Assembly: GCA_965216565.1 (NCBI GenBank)
Contig: OZ244170.1
Location: 1,216,001-1,280,000 of the forward strand
DNA length: 64,000 nt
Direction of reading: 5' to 3'
From: Bythopirellula sp.
Lineage (GTDB): Bacteria > Planctomycetota > Planctomycetia > Pirellulales > Lacipirellulaceae
The notes below the pieces were generated by a model, which saw only the letters and a program-made list of their open reading frames with translations, searched no databases and was not told where the DNA came from. The position numbers were made by a program, and so were the translations under genes. Of the stretch, positions 20,436-30,478 are shown one piece after another (the stretch's first letter is position 1; each line of letters starts with the position of its first letter).

Positions 20436-21632
20436 ATGAACCTGAAAATGGACGAAACATTGACACCCGTGACCGAGGCAGGTAGGTTCAGTTATTCGCG
20501 TATCGCACCTTTTTCTCGCGCCGTTCCGGAATCTTCTCTCATCGTTGCTGACTCCTCGCAATGGATAGCAAAGTACGCGAGTCGGTTTCAAGCTGCCATT
20601 AAGCCAATGATGATTATCTCCGCTAAAAACACCGTTGCTCCCGCGAAAGAATGTGGGCATTTTCTCAGACGTTGCCGACTGATGACGAACTCTGGCCGAG
20701 GTTTTACGCTAGTAGAATTGCTGGTTGTGATTGCGATTATTGGGGTACTTGTGAGTCTGTTGCTGCCAGCAGTCCAAGCGGCACGCGAGGCCTCCCGACG
20801 AACCAAATGCCTGAATCATATGCGTCAACTAGAATTGGCAGTGATGAATTTTTCGTCCGCGATGGGAGAGGATCTTCCGGACGCTTTGCATAACTACCCC
20901 CCCACGCCACCTGGGAAGACGAAAGCGGAGACCAGCCCGCTTTCGATGCATATTGCGACGATGCCTTACACGGAAAACAAGGCTTTGCGTGAAAAGTACA
21001 CGGCTGTTGCTTCCACATTAGACTTTTTTGAAGTGGCAATTTACAACTGTCCCAGTGATCCTTCGAAGGCGCTAGTTGAGAACCGACCTACAACAACTTC
21101 TTACCTGTCGAATGGAACATTGTTTTCTGACGAGCCAAATTTCCGCAAAGTAACCGATGGTACTTCAAACACTATTGCATTTGCTGAGAGTTACGCTCGC
21201 ACTGAGCTTTCTGGCAACGCAACAGTCACCGTCTACTCAACCCGTTCTGGCAAGGGTGCTGCAACCTTTGCCCATGTATGCAATGGAGAAACGGAGTTCT
21301 GCTTCGACGTCAGAATTGGCCCCCCCGGCGGCGGCTCAGCTGCAACATTTGGTCGTTCTAACCGTCCCGAAATGTCCACGCCAGGCAATTGGCAACCAGA
21401 CTTCAACGCGGCAGCAAACAACGCCCTTGACGATGTGATCGATCCCCCCATCGAATCTAGTCCAGATCCTGAGCAATCAGACATTCGACTTCTCCAAAGC
21501 ATTCACCCGGGCGTCATCAATATGGTGATGCTCGATAATAGCGTTCGTTCTGTATCCGATAGCATCGATCCGATCGTTTTTTGGTCATACGTCACCCCAG
21601 CCGGTGGCGAATCGGTTCGGTTTCTTGAATAA
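20436..21632 (+). CDS. DUF1559 family prepilin-type protein
   Basis: [53 protein letters not shown]. The true start may lie downstream (e.g. ATG 20682). Confidence 0.88.
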   Translation: MNLKMDETLTPVTEAGRFSYSRIAPFSRAVPESSLIVADSSQWIAKYASRFQAAIKPMMIISAKNTVAPAKECGHFLRRCRLMTNSGRGFTLVELLVVIAIIGVLVSLLLPAVQAAREASRRTKCLNHMRQLELAVMNFSSAMGEDLPDALHNYPPTPPGKTKAETSPLSMHIATMPYTENKALREKYTAVASTLDFFEVAIYNCPSDPSKALVENRPTTTSYLSNGTLFSDEPNFRKVTDGTSNTIAFAESYARTELSGNATVTVYSTRSGKGAATFAHVCNGETEFCFDVRIGPPGGGSAATFGRSNRPEMSTPGNWQPDFNAAANNALDDVIDPPIESSPDPEQSDIRLLQSIHPGVINMVMLDNSVRSVSDSIDPIVFWSYVTPAGGESVRFLE

Positions 21633-21655
21633 CATTTGTGAATTTCGAGGATCTC

Positions 21656-23041
21656 ATGCGTAGTACATTGTGTCTTTGTGTCTCCACTTGCCTGCTGAAT
21701 CTGCTTCTCCTTTCCGGATGCAGTGCTGAAGATGCGGGAGTTGGCCAACAAGCGAAGCCGGTTGCCAAGCTTTCTTCCGCTACAGTCGAAGCCGAGAAGC
21801 CCGAGGCTTCCTCCGCGGCAAAGCTCGACGCGCCGAAGAAGGCGACCTTCGCGCCACTCGGCAGTCCAGACAAGGCCAAGTCGGTCAAAGCTGATACTGA
21901 AAAGAAGCCGGTTGTCGCAAAACTGGGTAGCCCAGGAAAGCCGAAGTTCGCACTCAAACGAACTGGTTTTGGCCCCGGCGCTGGAGCGAATGCTCCCGAT
22001 CGTGCTGCCGAAGTGAAGCGATTGATTGCGGCATACGAAAATATAGCCATTCGCTATGCCGACATGATGGTCCTCGCCACGACGCCCGAGCAAGAGGAAG
22101 CCGCTGCCAAGCATTGTCCTTCTGCCAAGGCACTGCGGTCAATCGCCACGTTGTTGGCGCATATAGTGGCAGTCGACGCAACCGACGAACCCGCGATGGA
22201 GGCGCTTTCTTTCTTGGTCAAGTATGTTGGCGTACCAGAAATCGATGCCGTATTTGCCGGAGAATTCAGCGATGGCACTCAAGTCGATCCGATGGCAATG
22301 TTGCTCGAGCACCACGCCAACAATCCCAATATGGTTGGCACACTGCGAAGATTACCACGGAGCAGCAGCGCCGATGCCTTTCTCATTGCTCTCTTTCAGA
22401 AGACATTGAACCCGGATGTCCGCTGGTTGTCGGGAGCCCAACTCATCGCCAGTTTGCGGCGAAACGGTCGGCCCGAGGAGGAGATGGAAAAGGTTGTCGT
22501 CGCGATGTCCGAAGACAGATACCTGGAGGGTGTCAAAGTCGGTCGGTCAAATGCGCGTGACTGGGCGGTGAACAAACTTCGCGAAATACGAACTCTTGGC
22601 ATCGGCAATGTGCTTCCTGAAGTTAGCGGCGAGAAGCTGGAAGGCGGCATCGGCAATGTCTCCGACTACCGCGGCAAGGTTTTGCTGCTGGATGTCTGGA
22701 CCACCTGGTGCGGACCATGTCGGGCGATGACTCCCCACCATATAGAACTGGTGGAACGTCTCAAGGACAAGCCGTTTGCGATGCTAAGTGTGAGTTGCGA
22801 TCGAGACAAGGCGACGCTCGAAGAATTCCTCGCTAACAATTCCATGCCTTGGGATCACTGGTGGGTAGAGGCGGAAAGCGAGTTCAAGAAAACCTTGAAT
22901 ATTGCTTCTTTCCCGACTATCTACGTCCTGGATGCCGAAGGAGTCATTCGGTACAAGAACATCAAGGACGAAGAACTGGATCAGGCGATCGATACGTTGC
23001 TGAGCGAATCTGAGAGTTCGGCTGCTTTGTCAAAGAATTAG
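21656..23041 (+). CDS. Lipoprotein with C-terminal TlpA-type thioredoxin domain
   Basis: ATG 21656 follows GAGG. Lipobox LLLSGC, Ala/Lys/Pro-rich linker, LDVWTTWCGPC, FPTIYVLDAEGVIR. Confidence 0.85.
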   Translation: MRSTLCLCVSTCLLNLLLLSGCSAEDAGVGQQAKPVAKLSSATVEAEKPEASSAAKLDAPKKATFAPLGSPDKAKSVKADTEKKPVVAKLGSPGKPKFALKRTGFGPGAGANAPDRAAEVKRLIAAYENIAIRYADMMVLATTPEQEEAAAKHCPSAKALRSIATLLAHIVAVDATDEPAMEALSFLVKYVGVPEIDAVFAGEFSDGTQVDPMAMLLEHHANNPNMVGTLRRLPRSSSADAFLIALFQKTLNPDVRWLSGAQLIASLRRNGRPEEEMEKVVVAMSEDRYLEGVKVGRSNARDWAVNKLREIRTLGIGNVLPEVSGEKLEGGIGNVSDYRGKVLLLDVWTTWCGPCRAMTPHHIELVERLKDKPFAMLSVSCDRDKATLEEFLANNSMPWDHWWVEAESEFKKTLNIASFPTIYVLDAEGVIRYKNIKDEELDQAIDTLLSESESSAALSKN

Positions 23042-23086
23042 CCAGCCCTTGGTTTCATCCTTCGCATCATAGTACACTATTGTGCC

Positions 23087-24229
23087 ATGTCACCCAGGTC
23101 GTGCAGATCGATTGCCAGTTTCATAGTTCCGGCAATGATTGTGCTGGCTAGCATCAAGAGCCCCAGCTTAGCGAAGGAATTGCCCAAGTTGGGGAGTTCG
23201 ATGACAGACGAGCAAGCTACCTCGTTCGCCAATCTGGCAATCGAGAACATCGAGACCGAGTTTCCCAACAAACTCTCACACGTTTGGACCGGTAACGAGG
23301 AAGCGCACAATCCGCGCGATCTGCATCCCGTTTTCTATGGCAGCTTCGATTGGCATTCCTCGGTTCATGGTCATTGGATGCTGGTCCGACTATTGAAGCT
23401 CCACCCTCAAGCGGAATTCGCCCCCAAGACGCGCAAACTCTTGGACCGGCAGCTAACTGCCGAAAAGCTCCGCGCTGAAGCTGAGTATTTTCAGCTCAAG
23501 AGCAATCGCACCTACGAACGGATGTACGGCTGGGCCTGGGCACTTCGCATGGCCCAAGAACTGCGTACTTGGGATGACCCGCAGGCACGCCAATGGGCTG
23601 AGAACTTTGCTGTGTTGGAGAAGCAAATTGTCTCGGCAGTCCACGACTATTTACCACGGCTGACGTATCCGATTCGCACGGGCGTCCATCGAGACACTGC
23701 ATTTGCACTCTATCTCATCCTGGACTACGCCAGAGCTGTCGACGATCAACAATTAGTCGACTTGATTTCTAACTACTCAATCGAAAAGTACGCAGGAGAC
23801 AAAGACTATCCCGCCAACTACGAACCCTCGGGGCAAGACTTTTTCTCTTCGGGACTGAATCAAGCAGATCTCATGCGTCGAGTCATGCACCCGGCAGAGT
23901 TCTCGGAGTGGTTCGATCGATTTCTGCCGAAGATCGATAAGCCAGGGTCCACGGCAGCTAAACTATTGCAGCCCGCCACGGTCTCTGACTTATCGGACCC
24001 GCAGATCGTTCATCTGGTTGGGCTCAATTTGTCGAGGGCCTGGAACCAGCGTGGCATTGCCTCCGCGCTGCCGAAGGATGATCAGCGACGTCAGGCTCTC
24101 GAAGAGTCGGCCGCACGGCACTGCGAAGAGGGACTCAAGTACGTCTTTAGCGGACACTACGAAGGAGAGCACTGGCTCGCGACGTTCGCTGTCTATCTGC
24201 TAACCGACGCCGGAATCTCGGGTCCATGA
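23087..24229 (+). CDS. DUF2891 domain protein
   Basis: EFPNKLSH, LHPVFYGSFDWHSSVHGHW, YERMYGWAW, EPSGQDF, HLVGLNLSRAW, HYEGEHWLATFA. Confidence 0.88.
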   Translation: MSPRSCRSIASFIVPAMIVLASIKSPSLAKELPKLGSSMTDEQATSFANLAIENIETEFPNKLSHVWTGNEEAHNPRDLHPVFYGSFDWHSSVHGHWMLVRLLKLHPQAEFAPKTRKLLDRQLTAEKLRAEAEYFQLKSNRTYERMYGWAWALRMAQELRTWDDPQARQWAENFAVLEKQIVSAVHDYLPRLTYPIRTGVHRDTAFALYLILDYARAVDDQQLVDLISNYSIEKYAGDKDYPANYEPSGQDFFSSGLNQADLMRRVMHPAEFSEWFDRFLPKIDKPGSTAAKLLQPATVSDLSDPQIVHLVGLNLSRAWNQRGIASALPKDDQRRQALEESAARHCEEGLKYVFSGHYEGEHWLATFAVYLLTDAGISGP

Positions 24230-25458
24230 GTAAGCCGCCGACAAACCGACCCTGGTGGAAGGTGTGCGGACCTGGGTTGTTGGTCACCGCTGCATTTATT
24301 GGCCCTGGCACTGTGGTCACCGCCAGTCGAGCGGGCGCGGAGTTTGGCTACTCCTTGCTCTGGACGCTCCTGTTCGCAACAACGGCTACTGTAATCCTAC
24401 AAGAGATGGCAGCCCGATTGGGGCTAGTTAGCAGGCAGAGCCTGGCTGGTGCCATTCGACAAGCCATATCTCCGGCTCCGCTCCGATGGTGTGCATTGAT
24501 GTTAGTCCTTGTTGCCATCGCGCTGGGCAACGCCGCCTATCAAACAGGCAATCTCACCGGTGGCGCGCTTGGACTTTCGATCATGACCGGTTGGTCGCAA
24601 ACAACATGCGTTTTGGCCATTGGCAGTAGCGTCGTGGTGCTACTGGTCATGGGTAGGACTCAAGGACGTCTCAAAGCTCTGCTAATTGGACTGGTGTTGC
24701 TAATGAGCGTCGCCTTTCTGGTAACAGCCACGGTGGTGCAGCCGCAGCTTGCATCTATCCTCAGCGGGACAGTCGGTTTTCGCATTCCCGAGGGTGCCCA
24801 CCTTACTGCGGTGGCACTCATTGGGACTACTATCGTGCCTTATAACCTCTTTTTGCATGCCACGACCGTTCAACACACCTGGGCGAAAGATACAGATCGT
24901 AAGCAGGCTCTGCGGGAAGCGCGTCTCGATACGTTACTATCAATCTCGCTCGGCGGGATCGTCACCATGTCTATCATCGTAACCTCCGCGGCTGTCTATT
25001 TTCAGCGCCAGCAAATCGACTCAGCTGCCGATTTGGCTCTTCAACTGGAACCGTTGCTGGGCCCCGCTGCCAAACATCTTTTTGCCGCTGGAATTCTAGC
25101 TGCCGGGATCACAAGTGCCATCACCGCACCGTTAGCTGCTGGATATGCCGTGGCTGGGAGTTTCGATTGGAAACGGTACACGCAAGCTCAGGTCACGACC
25201 TTCGTAGCGCTGGTAGTTGCCCTGGTGGGAATGTTTTTCGCGATTTGCTTTGGAGGCAGTCCACAAGCAACAATCATGGTCGCCCAGGCCGCAAATGCCC
25301 TTTTGCTTCCGTTGATAGCCATCTTCTTGCTGGTGGTGATGAATCAATCGTCACTACTTGGCGAACATAGAAATGGAAGAGCTGCCAACTCGCTAGGAGC
25401 AATCGTAGTGATTGTTACGCTAGGACTAGGGCTACTTGCCATGAGGAAGTTGCTCTAG
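24226..25458 (+). CDS. NRAMP-like (YcsG/MntH-related) transporter
   Basis: GPGLLVTAAFIGPG, QEMAARLG, GTTIVPYNLFLH, about 11 TM segments. ATGA overlap with the upstream gene. Confidence 0.88.
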   Translation: MSKPPTNRPWWKVCGPGLLVTAAFIGPGTVVTASRAGAEFGYSLLWTLLFATTATVILQEMAARLGLVSRQSLAGAIRQAISPAPLRWCALMLVLVAIALGNAAYQTGNLTGGALGLSIMTGWSQTTCVLAIGSSVVVLLVMGRTQGRLKALLIGLVLLMSVAFLVTATVVQPQLASILSGTVGFRIPEGAHLTAVALIGTTIVPYNLFLHATTVQHTWAKDTDRKQALREARLDTLLSISLGGIVTMSIIVTSAAVYFQRQQIDSAADLALQLEPLLGPAAKHLFAAGILAAGITSAITAPLAAGYAVAGSFDWKRYTQAQVTTFVALVVALVGMFFAICFGGSPQATIMVAQAANALLLPLIAIFLLVVMNQSSLLGEHRNGRAANSLGAIVVIVTLGLGLLAMRKLL

Positions 25459-25481
25459 GGGGCGCGTTGCATCGGGTTCTA

Positions 25482-27224
25482 CTATTCCCGATAAGGCTTT
25501 CCGGATTGATACAGGACTAATCGTCCCTGGATTTCACTTGCGTACTGGTGATGGCCGGCTTCTGTGGCAAATGTGAATGCCCGCTTAGCAGTGGCGACAG
25601 CTTTCTCAAACTGTTTATCCTCGGCATACGCTGCGGCAAGTGTGTCGAGCAGTCCGAAGGCACTTTCTGGTCGCGTTTTTACAGCCATCGAAATAAGTCG
25701 AATCGCTTCCTTGCCGTTGCGGAATTGCTTGTTGGGATGGGTAGAGAGAACCCACGCAAGATTGTTTTGGGCGTCGACGTAATTCTCCTTGAGTTTCATT
25801 GCATCGCGATAGTACGAGATGGCTTTTTCCACATCGCCTCGCTTGAGAAGATGATTTCCGACCCTCAGGTACAATCTATGGATATGAGCTGAATTGCGAA
25901 GCTGTGCACGATTTCGAGTGATGTACTCTGCACTATCGTTGACATAACCTTGATCGACAAGCCTCCAGGCGATGTCGAGCGGAGTAAGAGGCTTGCGATG
26001 AATACGCCAGCGTCCCTCGAACGGCAACGCCGTTGGTGAATCGGCAATATTGGGAAGTTGTGCAGCGTCAGCCAGCACTTGGTCGACTGTCACTGGGCCG
26101 CGGTAGAAAACGGCGAGCCTGCCGGAAGAGTCAATCAGTAGACTTGTGGGAACCGAGAGTGGTTGATGGAAGTCGAATAGGTGCTGATCGACGAGCAACA
26201 ATTTGTCGGCCAAGCCTTCAGTCGCCCAGCCTGAATTCCCTCTGTAGCCAAAAGAGGACAAGAGTTCGGAGGTCGAATTCGGCCCATCAGTCTTAGAAGA
26301 TTCGAGACGATCGACGGACAAGGCAAAGACTGTGATTCCTGCTTCGCGGATCTCGGACTCCCGTTCAGCGATCTCGCGAATTTCCTTTAAACAGGGACGG
26401 CACCAACTGGCCCAAAGATTGAGCAAGACGGGCCCACCCTGTGATGCCTCATCGATCCAGCGGGTTTGCCCCTCGTCGGACTCATAGTCCAACCGAGGCA
26501 GCGGGAGTGGGACCGCGGACACTATCCGCGCTTGCTCGGTTGATTTCTGGTAGGGAGAATTCGATGGTGTGAGCGAACCCGTGCTCTTTGGCGGAGTCCA
26601 TTCTTGGGCATTACCACTGTTTTCAATGAGATGGTAGTGGCGATCGGTTTGCAGGCCTTTGAAGGTTTCCCTCTCTCCTCCTGGCCAGCGAACGGTCACC
26701 TGCTTAATTTCTTCAGCAGCTCCTAATCCGAAGTGCATTCTCTTGCTCGATTGGGCCATGAAGCCTTCGCCAGCCCTCAGCGTTTTAACGAGAGTCGAAT
26801 CCTCTCCCTCAGCTTCGGGCGATTGAAGAGTCACTTCCACCCGGGCACCAATTGCATCGCGATTACAGGTTTTCCCCTCCAATCGAATCGTTACGAAGTG
26901 ATTCGAGGTTTCTAAGTCATTGCGAAGAAACCGGACTTGGGGCCCGGTGCGGTTGGCAGTCCACAGGTCGAGGTCACCATCGAAGTCCCAATCGCATAAC
27001 GCCACGGAGCGTCCATCATCGGGGAAATCAAATCCGCTGACAGAAGAGACGTTAGCAAACTTGCCCTGGCCGAGATTCAGAAAACAACAATGCCGTTCCC
27101 GGCCACTCCAAGATCGTCCTTTGCGTACCATTTGAAACAGCGCAGAAGAGACCGGAATGCCATGATCTCCTTCATCAGCAACACTCGTCGAAACAGTCCT
27201 CGACGGGGCACCACCAAGCGACAC
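25482..27224 (-). CDS. C-terminal part: ASPIC/UnbV + thioredoxin-like + TPR domains; in frame with the upstream ORF across a TGA
   Basis: SWSGRERH, DWDFDGDLD, CNRDAIGARV, HFGLG..VRWPGG (ASPIC/UnbV); NLWASWCRPC; TPR-like NNLAWVL, LDTLAAAYAE. Confidence 0.85.
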   Translation of the reverse strand: MSLGGAPSRTVSTSVADEGDHGIPVSSALFQMVRKGRSWSGRERHCCFLNLGQGKFANVSSVSGFDFPDDGRSVALCDWDFDGDLDLWTANRTGPQVRFLRNDLETSNHFVTIRLEGKTCNRDAIGARVEVTLQSPEAEGEDSTLVKTLRAGEGFMAQSSKRMHFGLGAAEEIKQVTVRWPGGERETFKGLQTDRHYHLIENSGNAQEWTPPKSTGSLTPSNSPYQKSTEQARIVSAVPLPLPRLDYESDEGQTRWIDEASQGGPVLLNLWASWCRPCLKEIREIAERESEIREAGITVFALSVDRLESSKTDGPNSTSELLSSFGYRGNSGWATEGLADKLLLVDQHLFDFHQPLSVPTSLLIDSSGRLAVFYRGPVTVDQVLADAAQLPNIADSPTALPFEGRWRIHRKPLTPLDIAWRLVDQGYVNDSAEYITRNRAQLRNSAHIHRLYLRVGNHLLKRGDVEKAISYYRDAMKLKENYVDAQNNLAWVLSTHPNKQFRNGKEAIRLISMAVKTRPESAFGLLDTLAAAYAEDKQFEKAVATAKRAFTFATEAGHHQYASEIQGRLVLYQSGKPYRE

Positions 27225-29237
27225 GACCTGCCGCCAAAACAGGGATCACAAGTCACCAGTGTCTTCGGTCGAGATATAACCATTGGCAACCACCAGATCG
27301 TCCCAAGCATCGTTGTTTAAATCTGCGAACAGACTGCTCCAGGCCCAACGGCCCATTTCGACCCCTGCCTCTTTGCTAACGTCGAGAAACTTACCCTGTC
27401 CATCGTTTTGCAGCAGAGTGTTTCCTTTGGCAAATTTAGTGACCAGGTTCTTCGTCTCACTATCGGCGGATGGCATAAACTGTTTTTGCTGGGTAATCCG
27501 GCTGCCTGCCGAAGAGAACATATTGGCCACATAAATGTCCATCCAACCGTCCCGGTTGAAGTCGCCCCAACTGACCGACATACCGGTGTTCGAGTCGACC
27601 ACTCCGGCCTGAGCTGCGATGTTAGTGAACTGTCCCCCGTCATTTCTGTAGAGACAATTCTGGCCAAAGTCGTTGGCAACGTAGAGATCCTGGTCGCCAT
27701 CATTGTCGTAGTCTTCCCAAGCGCAGGATAAGCTGTGACGTCGGTTGTCGGCATCCAGTCCGACTTCTTTCGTGACGTTGGTAAACTGCCACTGCCCATC
27801 GGCTCCCATGTCGTTGCGAAAAAGCAGATTCGGTGCCCCGTCATTCGCATTGGTGAATACAAACTCTTCTCTGTTTGCTGAACTCAGGGCGACGAACTCG
27901 ATGCAAATATATAAGTCCAGATCACCATCTTGATCGTAGTCGACGGCAGTAAACGACTGCATATCGGTGTTACCGGTGGCCAACGTATTGCGAAGCTGGT
28001 AGTTGGCACTTCCATCGTTTTCCATGACTAACAATCCAGCACTTGTGGCAGCAATTAGGTCTTGATCACCGTCATTGTCCAAATCCACGATTAGTGCGCT
28101 GCTGGTATGGTCGAGCCAATCAACTCCTGATTCGTGAGAGCGATCCACTGCTGTGCCGTCTGCCTGCTGAATGAAGAGCCGGTTGGGCAATCCTCCCTGT
28201 TGGCAGACGTAAATGTCGTCTCGGCCATCTCCATTCACGTCCCCCATCGCCATTCCAATGCGCATAAACACGTTGTTCCCATACGCACGACTTAAGCGAG
28301 TGAGCCAATGGTGGTGTCCGTAGACTAATTGTTCATTGAAGGAGTGATTCTCCTGGAGAACGGCCCTGGTGCAGTCGACGAGCCACGGTCCTGCCACATG
28401 AACTTCTTCGAAGTCGGTGGCTCGGATAGAAGTGAGTTGAATAGATTTCTCCCCGTTGCGGACCCAAGTGCAATGCCAGGTGGCTCGCTGCTGGACAGAA
28501 CCCGTCTCGCTGCGCCCGCCTGCTTCAAAGTAGGCGACAGTTTTAACGGATGAGGCACCGGTGTGGACCTGCACAATCTTCACATGGACATGCACGTCGC
28601 TAGCGTCAGCAAAAGGTATGGCCAAATTGCGGAGCGACTCCTCAAGACTTTCGCGGCCTTGAAGTTCGGGCGATTCAGGTTTGGTATTAGCCGCGCGATG
28701 GACAGTTATCTCTTTGCCATCGCTGCCCTTGCTCTTTACTGGAGCCAAATCAGCGGGGCGTAGCTGTCCGCAGGTGATTTCCGAAGACACATATTTCTCT
28801 GGTACTTCGATCGACTCGCGGTTCGCCAAGTCGCCGCACAGCTTAAGAAGGATCTTCTTGGCTTGCTCAGCCACGACTTCTGTCTCCCAGCCATCTTTAC
28901 TGGGGTCGAGCCGAGTGTTAGACAACTGCTGATCGGCCTTGATCGACGCGGTTGCAATCTGCACAGGCGATTCGGCAGTGATCGTTGTAGAGACTTCGGT
29001 CACCTTGCCACTGGACGGACCCATCGCTGAGAGTTTGCGATTGTGTGAACGGTCCGAAGAATTGCTAAACCAAACGAAACAAACACCAATAGTGCCAATA
29101 GCAAGAATAACGAACAGGCACAGTTTTCGAGTTGTAACAGGTGCATTGCTAGACGGATAAGTATCCTTGGAAACTCGTGATGACTTGCGATCTCTTTTCG
29201 AGTCTGAGCGTTTCGATTTGCGTTTGCGACCGGGCAT
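25482..29237 (-). CDS. Alternative single-gene model: about 1251-aa candidate selenoprotein (FG-GAP + ASPIC/UnbV + thioredoxin + TPR)
   Basis: Reading through the TGA at 27246-27248 gives ...EDTGDL-U-SLFWRQVVSLGG..., continuous with the downstream ORF. A SECIS-like hairpin follows immediately. Confidence 0.65.
27217..27235 (-). promoter_or_regulatory. Putative bacterial SECIS element
   Basis: The mRNA reads UGA-UCCCUGUUUU-GGCGGCA-GGUCG-UGUCGCU. A 7-bp stem starts at +11 after the UGA and the apical loop begins with GGU. Confidence 0.65.
27246..29237 (-). CDS. N-terminal part: membrane-anchored FG-GAP/VCBS-repeat (CRTAC1-like) protein ending at an in-frame TGA
   Basis: Basic N-terminus plus TM helix. 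Repeats GDVNGDGRDD, DLDNDGDQD, DYDQDGDLD, DYDNDGDQD, DFNRDGWMD, DLNNDAWDD. Ends ...EDTGDL-TGA. Confidence 0.85.
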   Translation of the reverse strand: MPGRKRKSKRSDSKRDRKSSRVSKDTYPSSNAPVTTRKLCLFVILAIGTIGVCFVWFSNSSDRSHNRKLSAMGPSSGKVTEVSTTITAESPVQIATASIKADQQLSNTRLDPSKDGWETEVVAEQAKKILLKLCGDLANRESIEVPEKYVSSEITCGQLRPADLAPVKSKGSDGKEITVHRAANTKPESPELQGRESLEESLRNLAIPFADASDVHVHVKIVQVHTGASSVKTVAYFEAGGRSETGSVQQRATWHCTWVRNGEKSIQLTSIRATDFEEVHVAGPWLVDCTRAVLQENHSFNEQLVYGHHHWLTRLSRAYGNNVFMRIGMAMGDVNGDGRDDIYVCQQGGLPNRLFIQQADGTAVDRSHESGVDWLDHTSSALIVDLDNDGDQDLIAATSAGLLVMENDGSANYQLRNTLATGNTDMQSFTAVDYDQDGDLDLYICIEFVALSSANREEFVFTNANDGAPNLLFRNDMGADGQWQFTNVTKEVGLDADNRRHSLSCAWEDYDNDGDQDLYVANDFGQNCLYRNDGGQFTNIAAQAGVVDSNTGMSVSWGDFNRDGWMDIYVANMFSSAGSRITQQKQFMPSADSETKNLVTKFAKGNTLLQNDGQGKFLDVSKEAGVEMGRWAWSSLFADLNNDAWDDLVVANGYISTEDTGDL

Positions 29238-29507
29238 TTCTCTATACTGTCACATAGGTGGCTGGGCTTAAAGACCTGACCAAGAGTTGCCGTTTAAAAC
29301 CAGCATAGGGATTAACGGCACCATATTGGGACTAACGGCGAATGCGCGAGGTCGATTCGAACTTTTTGAGCCTGAAAACAGGCATTATTTTGCTGTATCG
29401 GCAGGTGTTAGTTATACTCCAACGCTGGAGTCTTATCGATGTTCTAGTGCCTGATTGGAGACCTTATCAGGTTCTATTTTCTACTTTTACTGAGGGAGAC
29501 AGTTCTA

Positions 29508-30374
29508 ATGAGAGTACTGAGTTACCTGACCGCGATTGCGGTGACAATGATTCTAGTTTCGGGGGCATCCGCAGCGTTGGTGAATGAGTGGGATTATAAT
29601 GCCGGACCTCCGTTTTCAACGGACGCATCGACTGGTAGTGGAGAGTCCAGCGGATTTGCGATCCCAATTTTCGGTTTCCCGCTTAACGATGGATCGTCCG
29701 ATGATCCAGCAAGTGTTTCTCCCTGGGACGGAACCAGTCAGAATGGTGCCGCAACGAGGTCAGCTCCCTCGTCCAACAATGGTGATCCGAATGGCCCTGC
29801 GAGTGGACTTGCGATAGCGCAGTGGAATACAAGCACACCGCAGTCGGATATCGTCTTCACTTGGGACATGGTATCTGGTTACCGATCGAGTCGCTTTTAC
29901 CAGATCTCCGTCACCACAGATGGTGTCAATTACAACCCAGTTTCCGGTGGTGTAGGTACTGGCTCGACTGTTGCTGGTGTCGGTAGTGCGACGGTGGACT
30001 CTGATGGTTTGATCACAGTGCTCTTTGATGACGGTTTTGTACCGGGTAATGGTAAGCCTGTGGGAGCCCCTGCGGTCGATTACCTGACTGACCTGTCTTA
30101 CGCTTTTCCTACTGGTTCTGCGGTCGAATCAAACCCTGACTTTGGTATCCAGATTGCGGCTATCCACGATCCTAACGGAAGCGACTACGTCTCTTCCTTC
30201 GCGGGTACTACCGAAATGGGTGATCCGAATAGTGGCTTTATCAGAAGTTCCGGATCAGGTGGTGGATCGACGCGATACGACATGGTGAGCATCTCGGGCA
30301 TCCCCGAGCCTGCGACCCTAGCATTGGCTGCTTGTGGCGCTGCATTCGCCTGTACAAGACGCCGACGTAGATAG
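29508..30374 (+). CDS. Secreted PEP-CTERM protein
   Basis: GAGGGAG RBS, signal peptide, G/S/D-rich body, IPEPATLALAACGAAFACTRRRR. Confidence 0.85.
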   Translation: MRVLSYLTAIAVTMILVSGASAALVNEWDYNAGPPFSTDASTGSGESSGFAIPIFGFPLNDGSSDDPASVSPWDGTSQNGAATRSAPSSNNGDPNGPASGLAIAQWNTSTPQSDIVFTWDMVSGYRSSRFYQISVTTDGVNYNPVSGGVGTGSTVAGVGSATVDSDGLITVLFDDGFVPGNGKPVGAPAVDYLTDLSYAFPTGSAVESNPDFGIQIAAIHDPNGSDYVSSFAGTTEMGDPNSGFIRSSGSGGGSTRYDMVSISGIPEPATLALAACGAAFACTRRRRR

Positions 30375-30412
30375 TCTCCACCCATCAACGGTGAGTCTTG
30401 CAATTGAGAATT

Positions 30413-30450
30413 CGCCGTCTGGAACGCTGTTCAAGGCGTTCCAGGCGGCG
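30413..30450 (+). terminator. Strong intergenic stem-loop after PEP-CTERM gene
   Basis: CGCCGTCTGGAACGC-N8-GCGTTCCAGGCGGCG, a 15-bp stem with one G-U pair and no U-tract. Confidence 0.55.
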
Positions 30451-30478
30451 TTCATACATGGACGGAGAGGACCGAGTG

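Noticed and set aside
21656..23041. Selenocysteine in the TlpA-type CxxC motifs
   Set aside because: All three CxxC motifs in the window are encoded by Cys codons in open frames. Only the 27246 TGA showed a clear in-frame continuation plus hairpin.
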